Shown: positions 16,529 through 26,730 of the stretch, one piece after another
Position numbering within the stretch: position 1 is the first letter of the stretch
Layout: each line of letters opens with the position of its first letter
Source: Methyloversatilis universalis
GTDB lineage: Bacteria > Pseudomonadota > Gammaproteobacteria > Methylococcales > Methylococcaceae
Length of the DNA: 64,000 bases
NCBI GenBank assembly: GCA_020723665.1
Contig: DYIL01000002.1
Coordinates: forward strand, 40,188-104,187
Direction of reading: 5' to 3'
Position numbers and translations under genes: made by a program
Notes under the pieces: generated by a model
Seen by the model: the letters and a program-made list of their open reading frames with translations, nothing else
Told to the model about the DNA's origin: nothing
The model's database searches: none

Positions 16529-17062
16529 TCAATTCTCGGATTCAACGATGCGTTTCAGATTTTCTAGACCGGTCTTGAAAAACGTCTGCATGGCTTGAAC
16601 GGCCGCCTCGTCGTTCAGCTCGTCCGGCGGGAAGTTACTGGTATCGCCTCGGTATAGCCGGCTTTTCCATTCCACCTTGGTGCCCTGCCCGGCCGGCGTC
16701 AGTTTTAACACCGCTGAATAAGAACTCGCCGGCAGCGCTTTGACGTTGACGTCTTTCAGCCGATAGTCGTACTCGTAGGCTTTTTCGTCGTAAAAATCGA
16801 GTTCCTCCACCAGTTGCTCGCCATTCGGAAAAGTCAGCGTGCGTTTTTCGCCGGGCTGGTTGCCGCCCTGAGCTTCGCTTTTCGCGACGGCCGGATTCCA
16901 TTGGCCTATGGCGCCGAAATCCTTGACCTTGTCCCAGACTTTTTCGATGGGCCGCTCGATCTCGACTGATTCGATGACTTTTTGAGGCGTAGGGCCGTGG
17001 GCCGAAACTCCGGCAGAAAAAGCCAAACCAAGCACCGACAAGACAGGAAGAATCATTTTCAT
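16529..17062 (-). CDS. mxaD: MxaD (periplasmic SRPBCC-fold protein of the methanol dehydrogenase system)
   Basis: 177 aa from MKMILPVLSVLGLAFSAGVSAHG (signal peptide), with an SRPBCC-like body. Last gene of the mxa operon. Confidence 0.75.
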   Translation of the reverse strand: MKMILPVLSVLGLAFSAGVSAHGPTPQKVIESVEIERPIEKVWDKVKDFGAIGQWNPAVAKSEAQGGNQPGEKRTLTFPNGEQLVEELDFYDEKAYEYDYRLKDVNVKALPASSYSAVLKLTPAGQGTKVEWKSRLYRGDTSNFPPDELNDEAAVQAMQTFFKTGLENLKRIVESEN

Positions 17063-17136
17063 GGAATAGACAACTCCTCGGATTGATAAACAGTGGAACT
17101 GCATTTCATTATTCGGATGGACAGAGCCTGTCCCCA

Positions 17137-18231
17137 TCAGCGGAGCCTGAACGGCAAAACGCCGTAAAGTACGACCAGAGCCGCCAGGGCGAGACCCACC
17201 GGCAACCACCGGATGTCGGAGGCCACCGTTTCGAAACGGGCAAATTCCGGATTTTGTAAAGCTCTGCCCAAATCCTCGATGTTTTCGAGCCGGCTGTAGA
17301 GAAGCCCGGCCTCCTCCGCCAGCCCGCGCAGATAGTCTTCCTTGAGCGAGGACAGATGTTCGGTGCCGATCACCAGCTCGCTGCCGAACGGCGCGTTACG
17401 TTCGTGATACCCCTCGATCTCGGAAGGCGGCTTGGGAGGCAGCCCGAACGTAGACCGATGCGGCACGTCGTCCTCCGAGTAAAAACCGACGGCTTCGCCG
17501 CGTTCATCGAACTTGGGGATGGGTACCAGACTCAGCCCGCCCGCACCGACGATGACCCCTTTGAGCTTGCCCTTGACGGTGCCGAATTCTCGCTTGTAGC
17601 GGGGATTGAGCGGCGGAGCTTCGTGACCGTCCGTCACAAAAACCAGGTTCGCGCCCAGATCCTGAAAGTGAATCAGCGCGTCATAGAGTCCGTCGGCGAT
17701 GCGGCTATCGGCACCCCAGGCCATGCGCCAATCGATGCGTTCTATGGCCGTATCGATGGCCTCAAACCCGCTGCAGACTTCGATGGGCTCGAACAAGAGG
17801 AACGATCGCCGCTCGGTGAAAAGCCCGAGACCCAGCCGCGAACCGCAGGGCAATTCCCGCAAAGCCGAACGCATGGCCGACTTGACCATCTCCAACCGAC
17901 TGGTCGGTCGGTCGTTGATACGATAGTCGGACACGTTCATGCTTCGGGTGATGTCGACCACGATAATGTGATCGAATACCGATCTCGACAGCTTCAGAGT
18001 GGGATGAAAAAGCGCCACCCCGACACAGAACAAAGCCAGAACGACACAGACGAAACGTGGGTCGCGCGCGCGGATCGAAAGCCTCAAGGTAAACCCCGCG
18101 GAAATCCCGGCACGCTGGTCCACAGTGATCCTTCTTCTTGTTCTTCTTTCTCCTCCAAGCCTTCGCCATGAATCCGGTCCATTTCCGGCAACAGACGCAT
18201 GGCCACTTCCAGGTTGTATTTGCTGTCCCAA
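17137..18231 (-). CDS. mxaL: MxaL (VWA-domain MDH maturation protein); start uncertain
   Basis: VWA/MIDAS motif HIIVVDITRSMNVSD, and position after mxaK. The maximal ORF is given. Candidate starts are GTG 18123 or TTG 18087 (TTGA overlap with the mxaK stop). Confidence 0.7.
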   Translation of the reverse strand: MGQQIQPGSGHASVAGNGPDSWRRLGGERRTRRRITVDQRAGISAGFTLRLSIRARDPRFVCVVLALFCVGVALFHPTLKLSRSVFDHIIVVDITRSMNVSDYRINDRPTSRLEMVKSAMRSALRELPCGSRLGLGLFTERRSFLLFEPIEVCSGFEAIDTAIERIDWRMAWGADSRIADGLYDALIHFQDLGANLVFVTDGHEAPPLNPRYKREFGTVKGKLKGVIVGAGGLSLVPIPKFDERGEAVGFYSEDDVPHRSTFGLPPKPPSEIEGYHERNAPFGSELVIGTEHLSSLKEDYLRGLAEEAGLLYSRLENIEDLGRALQNPEFARFETVASDIRWLPVGLALAALVVLYGVLPFRLR

Positions 18232-18650
18232 TGACTCGGATCCAGGCGCAGCGCCTTCTTGTAGGCGTCCTTGGCCAATTCCACCAGCGGTAGAGCACGG
18301 TTGATCTCGTTTTTCTCCACGTGCGCCAAGGCGCGCCGCAAATGGAGATTGCCCAGATCGAACAAGGCGACCACACGAAACCGAACATCGCCCCGTTCAG
18401 CTAGGTAAGCGTAAGCATCCAGCGCCTCTTCATAACGCTCCGAGGCGGCGAGATAAACCGCCCTTGCGAGCTTGACTTCCAGCGGCGCACGAACTCTCTC
18501 GTCCGGAGAAATATCCGTGCCGCGCAGTAAAGTCCGAACCTGCTCCTGCGCCAGCCGAATTCCCCGGACTTTCGCCCATTCGAACGCTCCTGCGATAATC
18601 GAACCGGCGAGCACCAGCAACGCGATTTTCAGTCTTAAGCTTTTTCCCAT
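18084..18650 (-). CDS. mxaK: MxaK (TPR-like MDH accessory protein)
   Basis: Start taken at MGKSLRLKIALLVLAGSIIAG (TM helix). Helical repeat body and acidic tail (EGLEEKEEQEEG). Position between mxaC and mxaL. Confidence 0.65.
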   Translation of the reverse strand: MGKSLRLKIALLVLAGSIIAGAFEWAKVRGIRLAQEQVRTLLRGTDISPDERVRAPLEVKLARAVYLAASERYEEALDAYAYLAERGDVRFRVVALFDLGNLHLRRALAHVEKNEINRALPLVELAKDAYKKALRLDPSHWDSKYNLEVAMRLLPEMDRIHGEGLEEKEEQEEGSLWTSVPGFPRGLP

Positions 18651-19627
18651 GGCTCCGCTTCCGCAAGTTTCACACTGACCAGCAGCAGAAGCGCCAGACC
18701 GGCCGCGCCGTAGCAAAATGGCGCCAGATCCAGACGGGGAATGCGCGCCTGATAATGGATGGGCAAACTCTCGATGCGATCGATATCGGCGATGGCCTCA
18801 CGTACGGCCGCTGGGTTTTCGGCCTCGTAGGCCTTGTACGGAATGCCGAGGCTTTGGAAAAACAGGTGCAGATAGCGCTCAGGACGGATGCTCGCGTTAT
18901 CGTCGCGGGGATCTTCCGGTATTTCGAAAATACCGGGGCTCCCTAGGGTGCGGAGAAAGATCCAATAGAGACGGATCTGATGTTCCTTGAACAGCTTGCG
19001 CAGCTTCTGCTCGCTGTCCGGATCGACCACCGCGGCTCCATCCGATACCAAGAGCACGATACGCGATCCCGTAAGCGCCTGACCGGTGAAGTACGATAGC
19101 GCAAGCAATAGCCCTTTGCCGATGTGAGTCTGCGCCAGAGCAGGTTGCCGCAACGCGTGCACGGCGGCCAGGATCGCCTCGCGGTTGTCCGTCAAGGGCA
19201 GAACGAACAAAGGGCCGGTGCTAAACGCCGCCACGCCGGTCCTGTCGTTCTTTCGCTCGCGGATGAATTCGGAAAGAAGTCGCTCAGCGACCGCGGACTT
19301 CGCTTCTTCGGCACCGGACGGGGTGCGTCCTGCGAAACTGTGGTCCATGCTTTGGCTTCGATCCAGCAGCAACACGATATGGGCACCCTTTCCGACCCGG
19401 TCGACCGTATATTCCTTCCGGTGCAGGCCGGCAAGACCCAGTACCAGGCCGGCTATTGCAACGACGCCCATGAGTTTGATTAGCCCGCTCCAAATTCGGG
19501 ACGAGGCATCGGCGGGCAGCAGAGCATTCCAAGGGGTATCGGAGGCGGTCACCGGCGAACGCACCAGCGGCAGCAGAGCCAGCCCCAAAAGCGGCAGCAA
19601 CCAGGCGTAATCAAATTCCAACCTCAT
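18635..19627 (-). CDS. mxaC: MxaC (VWA-domain MDH Ca-insertion protein)
   Basis: 330 aa. N-terminal TM helices, MIDAS motif HIVLLLDRSQSMDHSF, C-terminal TM. 4-nt overlap with mxaA. Confidence 0.75.
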   Translation of the reverse strand: MRLEFDYAWLLPLLGLALLPLVRSPVTASDTPWNALLPADASSRIWSGLIKLMGVVAIAGLVLGLAGLHRKEYTVDRVGKGAHIVLLLDRSQSMDHSFAGRTPSGAEEAKSAVAERLLSEFIRERKNDRTGVAAFSTGPLFVLPLTDNREAILAAVHALRQPALAQTHIGKGLLLALSYFTGQALTGSRIVLLVSDGAAVVDPDSEQKLRKLFKEHQIRLYWIFLRTLGSPGIFEIPEDPRDDNASIRPERYLHLFFQSLGIPYKAYEAENPAAVREAIADIDRIESLPIHYQARIPRLDLAPFCYGAAGLALLLLVSVKLAEAEPWEKA

Positions 19628-20685
19628 CGAAGATTCCGCTCGATGTCATAACAGTCCCTGCAAAGTCGTAAGAGCCGGGACATAGAAAACTCAGTGTGCT
19701 CACGCCCTCCCTGGGGTTCGCCCTGCGGGCCAGCCTTCAGCTGTCCAAATTTGTTCCCGACAAATTTGTGTTCACCCCCTCCCTGGGGTTCGCCGCGTGG
19801 GGGCCTGCTTTCAGGTCCCGGTTCGCCCTCGCCGGACGGCTCCTTTGCGGGTTCGCTGAAGAAGAAATCGTAGGAACTCGCGAAAAAAGTCTGGATTTCA
19901 TCGCGTAAAGGCCGATAGGCGGGATTTTCCGCAAAGAAAGTTTCGAGCTGTTCGGAAAACAACGGCTGCCCGTAGACGCCGTTAAACGCCCGGTGGATGG
20001 CGGTATAGGCGGCGGAATAATCGGGTGCGCCGGCCGCACGGCTCAATGCTCGGATCGTACGGCAAGCGGCTCTGAAATGGCGGCCTCTCTGCTGCCAGGG
20101 GAGATAGCCGTAGAGATAAGCAAGATACAATCCGGCTCCCACGCCGAAAGCCGCGGCCGAAAGCAGCCGAGCGCGCGGACCGGTTCCGTTCGAGAGCGTC
20201 GGCGGCACATCGGGGCGCATGGGTTCGAGTCCCCCCTCACGAAGAACCGAAAGTTCGCGTATCGGCGCCATAGTAAAGCGCCAGGTCGGCACCTCCAGTT
20301 CGAACGCCGCGCCATTTTGATTGAAGACGAGCTTGAAGGCCGGTATCGCCAAATTCTTGACCTCCAATGGCGCGTAAAAAGTTTGATACGCGAGTTCGAT
20401 CGTATAACGGCGCAAACCGTCGCGTTCCGACTCCTTCACGCCGGCCTCCCGCAATTCCAGCCAACGATTGACTCGGTTCTTGGGAATGGAATTTCGATCT
20501 AGCACCGCAGATTGATCGACGTCTACGACCAGCTTCTGACGGATGACATCGCCGATGGCATAACCGAACGGACGCGGCGTCAGCACTTGGAAGTCTCTGA
20601 CCGGTCCGGCTGCTTCTCCGGATTGAGCCTGCGAACCTACGGCTGCGAACAGGAACAGCAGAAAAACGACGTACGCCCTTCTCAT
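19624..20685 (-). CDS. mxaA: MxaA (MDH Ca-insertion protein) with a duplicated low-complexity C-terminal insert
   Basis: 353 aa with a signal peptide (MRRAYVVFLLFLFAAVGSQAQS). Assigned by position between mxaS and mxaC. The C-terminus has a repeated GEPQGG(G/R)EH motif. Confidence 0.65.
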   Translation of the reverse strand: MRRAYVVFLLFLFAAVGSQAQSGEAAGPVRDFQVLTPRPFGYAIGDVIRQKLVVDVDQSAVLDRNSIPKNRVNRWLELREAGVKESERDGLRRYTIELAYQTFYAPLEVKNLAIPAFKLVFNQNGAAFELEVPTWRFTMAPIRELSVLREGGLEPMRPDVPPTLSNGTGPRARLLSAAAFGVGAGLYLAYLYGYLPWQQRGRHFRAACRTIRALSRAAGAPDYSAAYTAIHRAFNGVYGQPLFSEQLETFFAENPAYRPLRDEIQTFFASSYDFFFSEPAKEPSGEGEPGPESRPPRGEPQGGGEHKFVGNKFGQLKAGPQGEPQGGREHTEFSMSRLLRLCRDCYDIERNLR

Positions 20686-21539
20686 ACGGCCCGCTGAAAA
20701 TATCGAGTGAGATGTTCGGCCTTGAATCCCTTCTCGAGAAACAGCGGCTCCCGTCCGTGGCTCAGGAACAGATGAGCCAAACGTTCCCGGCGGTCGCGGT
20801 AGGATTCTTCCAGCCGCGCCCGGAGCGTCGGCCGCAGCAGCAGCAGGCGCTCGGAACCGTCTTCCAGGTCACGCATGCGGCGAAAGCCGAGCGCGGTATC
20901 ACCGCCCTCTTCCCTCGAGTCCCAAAACACAATCGGCACTACGTCATGCGGCCCCAAAGTGACCAGAATTCGTTTGACCAGAGCGAGAGGCATGTGGAAA
21001 TCGGAGGCGAGAAAAACCAGCGCACGCGATGTCGGCAGGCGTCTCGCTGCATCCGCTAAAGCACGGGCATTGCTCCCCTTGGGCCGGAAACGGCGCAGTC
21101 GGTTCACCAAGCTCAAAGCCATCGCCGGGTGGCGGCACAGCGGCAAGGAAAACTCGGCGTGAATTTTTTCCGAACAGCCGACGATGCCCAAGGCATCGCC
21201 GGTCCGGTAGGTAGACAAGGCAAGGGAACCGAGAAAATCGGCCAGAGTTTCCATTTTCGAAGCGACACCCCGGAATTCCATAGATGCCGACAAATCCACA
21301 ATGGCAAACACCTTGATGGCGCTTCGCTGTTCATAGATACGGACGGCATAGCCGCCGAACGGGTCGAGCACGCTTGCCCTTAGATCGATGCGGCGCGGAT
21401 CGGGGTGTCTCAGCAAGGGCGCGAGCCCGTGAAAGCGCTCGCCCGCGCCGGAGCGGCGGCTCGGATGAAACCCCGGCCGCACGGCATCGGAGCGCCAAGA
21501 CACGCGGTAGTGGAATTCCTCGGCAGGCTTGGCCATCAC
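20682..21539 (-). CDS. mxaS: MxaS (DUF58 family)
   Basis: 285 aa. DUF58-like VFAIVDLSASMEF. Immediately downstream of the MoxR ATPase, with 4-nt overlaps on both sides. Confidence 0.75.
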   Translation of the reverse strand: MMAKPAEEFHYRVSWRSDAVRPGFHPSRRSGAGERFHGLAPLLRHPDPRRIDLRASVLDPFGGYAVRIYEQRSAIKVFAIVDLSASMEFRGVASKMETLADFLGSLALSTYRTGDALGIVGCSEKIHAEFSLPLCRHPAMALSLVNRLRRFRPKGSNARALADAARRLPTSRALVFLASDFHMPLALVKRILVTLGPHDVVPIVFWDSREEGGDTALGFRRMRDLEDGSERLLLLRPTLRARLEESYRDRRERLAHLFLSHGREPLFLEKGFKAEHLTRYFQRAV

Positions 21540-22555
21540 GGGGCCGCGATCGAATGCAGGATTTTTTCCACCAATCCAGGCACCAATTCGTCGCGCCGGT
21601 ATTCGTAGGCGGGCTTCAAGAATACCCGATGCGCCATAGCGGGATAGAAAACGGCCTGGATGTCCTCGGGGATGACGCGGTCGCGGCCTTTGAGCCAGGC
21701 GTGGACGCGGGCGGCGCGAATGAGATAACTCATGCCACGGGGGCTCGCCCCGGCCTGGATCAGCTCCGATATGTCGGCATCGGCCACGGAAATGCCGAAT
21801 CGCTCGGGTTCATGGCTGGCGCGCCACAAGTCACGGGTATAGGCGCGGAGCGTCGGACTGGCCTGGATGCCGCTCTGGATGGCCGTGGCGATGTCGTCCA
21901 GCTCACGATACGGCAGCACGGCCGGTGTCACCGCCCCGAGCAGACGGTCTACGTCGTGAAACAGCGGATCGAAGGTCAACCGATCCAGGGTTTCCGCATC
22001 GCTTGGATAGTCCATTGCGATCTCTAACAGGAAACGGTCCCGGGCAGCGGCCGGAAGTTCGAAGGTTTCCTCTTTTTCGACTCGATTGCGGTCAGCGAAT
22101 ACCTGAAGATAGGGAAATCGGAACTCGCGGTTGAATGCGGTCACGCTGCGCTCGGCCATGATGCGGAGCAGCAGCGAGTGAACCTGAGGACGAGCCCGGT
22201 TGATCTCATTGAAAAAAAAGGTCGACAGCCGCTCGCCATGCTTGAGCACGGGACCGGGGTCGACCCGGGGATGGCCTTTTTCGTCGAGGTAGGTGTAATA
22301 AATGAGATCGGCGGGCATCAGGTCGATGGTTCCTTCGATCCGTTGGTACTCCCCCCCGATCGCAATCGACACGGCTCGCAGCAGCGTGGTTTTGCCTACG
22401 CCGACATTACCCTCCAGCAGCACGTGCCCGCGCGCGAATACGGCAATGGTAATCAGCCGGATCGCTCGCGCCTGGCCGATGATGGCTTTTTCGATTTCCG
22501 ACTCGAAGCGAATAGCTTTGTCACGCCAGTCGGCCAGAAGTTGTTCGGGATGCAT
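21536..22555 (-). CDS. mxaR: MxaR (MoxR-type AAA+ ATPase)
   Basis: 339 aa. Walker A LLEGNVGVGKTTL and Walker B FFFNEINRA. MoxR family architecture. Confidence 0.9.
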   Translation of the reverse strand: MHPEQLLADWRDKAIRFESEIEKAIIGQARAIRLITIAVFARGHVLLEGNVGVGKTTLLRAVSIAIGGEYQRIEGTIDLMPADLIYYTYLDEKGHPRVDPGPVLKHGERLSTFFFNEINRARPQVHSLLLRIMAERSVTAFNREFRFPYLQVFADRNRVEKEETFELPAAARDRFLLEIAMDYPSDAETLDRLTFDPLFHDVDRLLGAVTPAVLPYRELDDIATAIQSGIQASPTLRAYTRDLWRASHEPERFGISVADADISELIQAGASPRGMSYLIRAARVHAWLKGRDRVIPEDIQAVFYPAMAHRVFLKPAYEYRRDELVPGLVEKILHSIAAP

Positions 22556-22708
22556 AGGAAGGTGTGAGTCTGAAGACGTGAGACTATAGGAGTTAAGGGC
22601 GAAACGAGTTTGCTGGCTAAAAAGCCGAGACTCGGAAGCTGGCGTAAACCGGAAAATTGTACTTCCCGACTATACCTCCAGCCTCCGGTATCAAGCCTCT
22701 GGCTACGT

Positions 22709-22984
22709 TCAATCCACCTTGTAGACGAACTTCCCGGTGTTCTTGAGATGTTCCCAGCGCTTTTGGTTACGAGCTTCCATGGCCTTGATTGCTTCCTGCT
22801 GTTTGTTCAGCTCGACCGGATCATGCTTGGGATCGTATTTGCTGCCCGCAACTTTTTCCGGATAACCGGGTTTCGGTTCCCAGCAATTGCCCGGGGCCTT
22901 GCAGTTCGTGCCATCGTAGGCACTGGCGTTGAAAGCGGCGATGGACAGCAGTCCAGCGCTCAAGACCAGAGTACGAATTTTCAT
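22709..22984 (-). CDS. mxaI: Methanol dehydrogenase small (beta) subunit
   Basis: 91 aa: signal peptide then YDGTNCKAPGNCWEPKPGYPEKVAGSKYDPKHDP..., the characteristic MxaI sequence. RBS AGGAGA. Confidence 0.92.
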   Translation of the reverse strand: MKIRTLVLSAGLLSIAAFNASAYDGTNCKAPGNCWEPKPGYPEKVAGSKYDPKHDPVELNKQQEAIKAMEARNQKRWEHLKNTGKFVYKVD

Positions 22985-23016
22985 TGCTTGAGTCTCCTGT
23001 TCACGAGGGGGGAAGG

Positions 23017-23490
23017 TTATTTGAGCCATTCGGCCTTGGCCGGGTCGCCTTTATAGATGCTCCGCAACCAAGCCATGATGTGCAGCATTTCGTCGGCATT
23101 GAGATTGCCGTTCTGAGGTCCCATCATCCCTTGAGCGCCGCCCCAAAGGATTTCGAACAAGCCGACATCGGTTGCCGCTCTCGGATAGGTCCAGTAGTCG
23201 TCTCCGAGTCCGGGTCCGAGCTTCCCTTCGGCTTCGTGCCCGTGGCAGCCGGAGCAGGCGGTGAGATATAGGCTATGGCCTTTTTCGATGGCTTCCTTAT
23301 TGCCGTTATAGGGGTTCTTGCCGGACTCCTTGAATTGCTTGAAGGCATCGGTGTCTCCGCCGGCCTTGCCGAAGCTGAAATCGAGGGTTTCGCCGGTGAC
23401 GGCATGGCGGAAGGTGATTTCCGCATAGGCCGCCGCCGAGACGAGGGCCGCGCCTACGGCAAACGCAGCCATATAGGTTCTTAATTTCAT
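23017..23490 (-). CDS. mxaG: Cytochrome cL (electron acceptor of MDH)
   Basis: Start at MKLRTYMAAFAVGAALVSAAAYA (signal peptide). Single haem motif CSGCH. Position between mxaJ and mxaI. Confidence 0.88.
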   Translation of the reverse strand: MKLRTYMAAFAVGAALVSAAAYAEITFRHAVTGETLDFSFGKAGGDTDAFKQFKESGKNPYNGNKEAIEKGHSLYLTACSGCHGHEAEGKLGPGLGDDYWTYPRAATDVGLFEILWGGAQGMMGPQNGNLNADEMLHIMAWLRSIYKGDPAKAEWLK

Positions 23491-23659
23491 GAAGCTTAAT
23501 TTCCTCTTCGTTGTTCTTTGCACTCAATCGATGTCTAGCCCGGACGGAACGGAGTAGTGTCCGAGAAAGCCCCCGGACGACACTTCACCCCATCCGGGCT
23601 ACCATCGTTTTGTTGACTTGATCCGCGCATCGGATGCGATTGACAGGAATCCAGACTTT

Positions 23660-24532
23660 TTAGCCCGGCGTACGCTTTTTATCCCCCTCCTTGGCCGCGG
23701 TGGCTCCCCCTTCTGTCAGAGGCAAAAGGGGAATGCCCTCCGCCTTGAGCAGCGCTCGGATGTCCTTCTCCCGTTTCTTCAATACCCGGTCGATGTCCGC
23801 CAACAAAGCTTCCTCGCCTTTCCGCACTCCGACCGACGTGGAGAAGTGGTGCGGTACCTTTTCGCCGTCCGAACGAGTCTGATGATCCGGAATCACCCGC
23901 ATCTCCAGAGGTCTGCTCGCGCTCTTCACGTAACGTGCGGCCTGTGGACCCCAAAGAACCGCCAGGTCGGCGTTGCCCGATTCCACTTCGCGAACCAGCT
24001 TTTCCGGATCGTAGCGGACGTATTGGTTACGGCGCGCCTTGAAACCGACAAGGGATTGCAGGTAGTTGAACTGGTCGTAGAAGCGCCCGACCTTCTTGAG
24101 CATGGTGTCCGCGGGAGTATCCGGCATGAACGCGATGCGCTCCGCCTTCTTCAGGAAGTCGCTATCCCAATCGGTGACCTTCACGCCCTTTTCCTTGCGA
24201 TACACGAACACGTAGCCGGAACGGTAATAAGGTTTCGATGTCAACAGACGCGGATCGTCCGTATCCACGCCGATGACGACGTCGCACAAGCCCCGGTCCA
24301 ACTGGTCCCGCATGAAATACCGGGGATCCTGCCACCAGACGTATTCCACCGGCCGTCCCAGTTCCTTGCCGATGAGTTCCGCCAGTTTGTTCTCGAAACC
24401 CTTGCCTTCCTTATCCGAATAGGGCAGTTCGTTTTCCGCCGCGCATACCTTGAGGGGTTCTGCGGCTGTCGTTTGTCCGGCCCACATACCGGGAAACAAA
24501 CAAGCCAAAAGTACGATGCGCGCAAAACGCAT
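23660..24532 (-). CDS. mxaJ: MxaJ (periplasmic solute-binding-like MDH accessory protein)
   Basis: Start at MRFARIVLLACLFPGMWAG. Carries LKVCAAENELPYS and YYRSGYVFVYRK, typical of MxaJ/family-3 binding proteins. Confidence 0.88.
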   Translation of the reverse strand: MRFARIVLLACLFPGMWAGQTTAAEPLKVCAAENELPYSDKEGKGFENKLAELIGKELGRPVEYVWWQDPRYFMRDQLDRGLCDVVIGVDTDDPRLLTSKPYYRSGYVFVYRKEKGVKVTDWDSDFLKKAERIAFMPDTPADTMLKKVGRFYDQFNYLQSLVGFKARRNQYVRYDPEKLVREVESGNADLAVLWGPQAARYVKSASRPLEMRVIPDHQTRSDGEKVPHHFSTSVGVRKGEEALLADIDRVLKKREKDIRALLKAEGIPLLPLTEGGATAAKEGDKKRTPG

Positions 24533-24619
24533 GAATGAATATCCTCTTGGAAAAAACAAGTCGACGCAGATGCGGGGCGGGTTAAGCGCAGCTCAAACCC
24601 GCCGTTCCGCTATGCGGTG

Positions 24620-26425
24620 TTACAGTGAGAACACGAACACCGATCCGCCCATTTGCGTGTGATGAGCCAGTTCCTTGAATGCACCGACCGCACCGAGTCC
24701 TGCGGTTGGATCCTTCAAGTCGAACACCAGCCCCACGCCCGGCCAGCCGCCGACGCCGGAGTAGATCGCGACGTACTGTCTGCCGTTGTGGAAATATGTG
24801 ATCGGATGGCCGATAACACCCGAGGGCAGCTTGAATTTCCAGACTTCCTTACCGTTACGCGAATCGAGTGCCTTGATGTATCCGTCGAGGGTACCGTAGA
24901 ACACCAAGTTGCCGGCGGTCGCCAGAGTGCCGCCCCAAACCGCAAACTTCTCCGGAATTTCCCATTCCATCTTGCCGGTAACGGAGTTCATGGCCTTGAC
25001 CTGACCCAAGGTACCCTTAGGTCCGGGATACATGTTCAGGGTCGCTCCGACGAAGAACTGGCCGGCACGGTACGGCAGCATGAACGGTTCCCAATCCATA
25101 CAGATGTGGTTTACGCCCATGAAGAACAGCTTCTTGTCCGGATCGTAAGATTCGATGCCCTGGTTGTGATAACCCATGGCCGACGGACAGATACCCTTCG
25201 CTTCGTGGTCCATACGGGTGGAATATTCCGGATCGCGGATCGGCAAACCGGTCTTCAGGTCCACCTTCTTCACCCAGTTCACGGTATCGTCGATCTTGAA
25301 CGCATTAACCAGGGAGCCGGTTTCCCGGTTTAGGGTGTAAACGATCCCGTTGCGATCGGGGTGAGTCAGGAGCGGCGTCATCTTGCCGTCCACTTCCTGC
25401 TCGGACAGCCCCATGTAATTGACGCCGGCGTAATCCCATTCGTCGTGCGGTGTTTTCTGGTATCCGAACTTGGCCAAGCCGGTATCGGGGTCGCGAGCCC
25501 AGATCGTCATGGTCCATTTATTGTCCCCAGGCCGCATGGTTTCGTTCCAGGGAGCCGGGTTACCCGAGCCGTAGTAGATCAGGTCCAGCTTGGGGTCATA
25601 GGCGTACCAGCCCCAATTGGTGCCGCCACCGATTTTCCAGGCATCGCCTTCCCACGTGGCGAGACCCAAACCGAACTGGCCGTAATGGGGGTTATGCACA
25701 TTGAACGACTTGTCCAACAACAGATCTTCGTCCGGACCGGTCGCGTAGGCCCGCCACTCCATTTTGCCGTCCTTGATATTGTAGGCCGTGACATAGCCGC
25801 GCACGCCCAGCTCCGCGCCCGAGGTACCTACCAGCACTTTATCCTTTACCACGAAAGGAGCGACCGTGAGGGTCGAGCCGACGGAGATATCGGAGTTTTC
25901 CATCTTCCAAATTTCTTCGCCGGTCTTGGCGTTCAGAGCGACGATGTGACCGTCCAACTGATTCAGGAAAATCTTGGCCGGACCATGGTCGCCGGCAGGT
26001 ACGTAGGCGAGACCGCGGTTCACCACGTCGCAGCAGGCCACAGCACGAGCCGCGGGATTCTGTTTAGGCTTGTACTGCCAGAGAATCTTGCCCGGGTCAT
26101 TGAGATCGAGTGCGTAAACGTTGTTGGGGAACGGGGTGTGGACGTACATGATGCCGTCCGCGACCAACGGCGCCCCCTCGTGACCGTGCAGAGTCCCGGT
26201 AGAGAATGTCCAGGCCACTTTGAGGTGGTGCACGTTATCCACATTGATTTGACTCAACTTGGAAAAGTGAGTGGCGCTGTAGTCCTTGGTCTGCATGACC
26301 CAGTTTCTGTCGTCCTTCGACATTTCGATGAGAGCGTCGTTTGCGGAGCCGGTACCGGAGACGGCTAAAAGCCCTCCCGCCATCAGAGCGCCGCTGACGG
26401 CTACCGCCAATTTGCGTTTTTGCAT
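24620..26425 (-). CDS. mxaF: PQQ-dependent methanol dehydrogenase large subunit, Ca-type (MxaF)
   Basis: 601 aa. Vicinal Cys pair ([11 protein letters not shown]) and W-rich propeller repeats. The active-site stretch [11 protein letters not shown] has D331-Y-A333 (Ala as in MxaF, not the Asp of lanthanide XoxF). Co-encoded with mxaI. Confidence 0.95.
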   Translation of the reverse strand: MQKRKLAVAVSGALMAGGLLAVSGTGSANDALIEMSKDDRNWVMQTKDYSATHFSKLSQINVDNVHHLKVAWTFSTGTLHGHEGAPLVADGIMYVHTPFPNNVYALDLNDPGKILWQYKPKQNPAARAVACCDVVNRGLAYVPAGDHGPAKIFLNQLDGHIVALNAKTGEEIWKMENSDISVGSTLTVAPFVVKDKVLVGTSGAELGVRGYVTAYNIKDGKMEWRAYATGPDEDLLLDKSFNVHNPHYGQFGLGLATWEGDAWKIGGGTNWGWYAYDPKLDLIYYGSGNPAPWNETMRPGDNKWTMTIWARDPDTGLAKFGYQKTPHDEWDYAGVNYMGLSEQEVDGKMTPLLTHPDRNGIVYTLNRETGSLVNAFKIDDTVNWVKKVDLKTGLPIRDPEYSTRMDHEAKGICPSAMGYHNQGIESYDPDKKLFFMGVNHICMDWEPFMLPYRAGQFFVGATLNMYPGPKGTLGQVKAMNSVTGKMEWEIPEKFAVWGGTLATAGNLVFYGTLDGYIKALDSRNGKEVWKFKLPSGVIGHPITYFHNGRQYVAIYSGVGGWPGVGLVFDLKDPTAGLGAVGAFKELAHHTQMGGSVFVFSL

Positions 26426-26631
26426 GTGTTTTCCTCGCTGAATTCTAATTCGGCCTGCCCGAAGACAGAGCGATCACGCTTCGATGATCACAGCGGCGAA
26501 TTTTGGAAGAACGGAAAGCGAGACTGTAGTGAAATAAGCCCGAATCGGGGCGGGAAAAAATCAGTACGATACGCGGATAACTTACAAAGCCTCGGATGAC
26601 TTTGATAGCGAGCTTAAGGAAGCTCTGATTA

Positions 26632-26730
26632 AGTCCTTCGACAGGCTCAGGACGAACGGAAACCTATTGATTCCATTCGTGGTGAGCTTGTCGAACGCTC
26701 TCCTGAGCTCGTCGAAAGACATGAACGGAA
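26632..26730. repeat. REP-like element, family 2, copy B (long imperfect hairpin)
   Basis: TCGACAGGCTCAGGA (26637-26651) pairs with TCCTGAGCTCGTCGA (26701-26715) at 13 of 15 positions. Shares CCTTCGACAGGCTCAGGAC with copies A and C. Intergenic, upstream of mxaF. Confidence 0.55.

Noticed and set aside
23618-26368. Plus-strand ORFs 23618-24538 (306 aa), 24653-25333 and 25361-26368 (335 aa).
   Set aside because: Antisense shadows of mxaJ and mxaF, whose identities are unambiguous.
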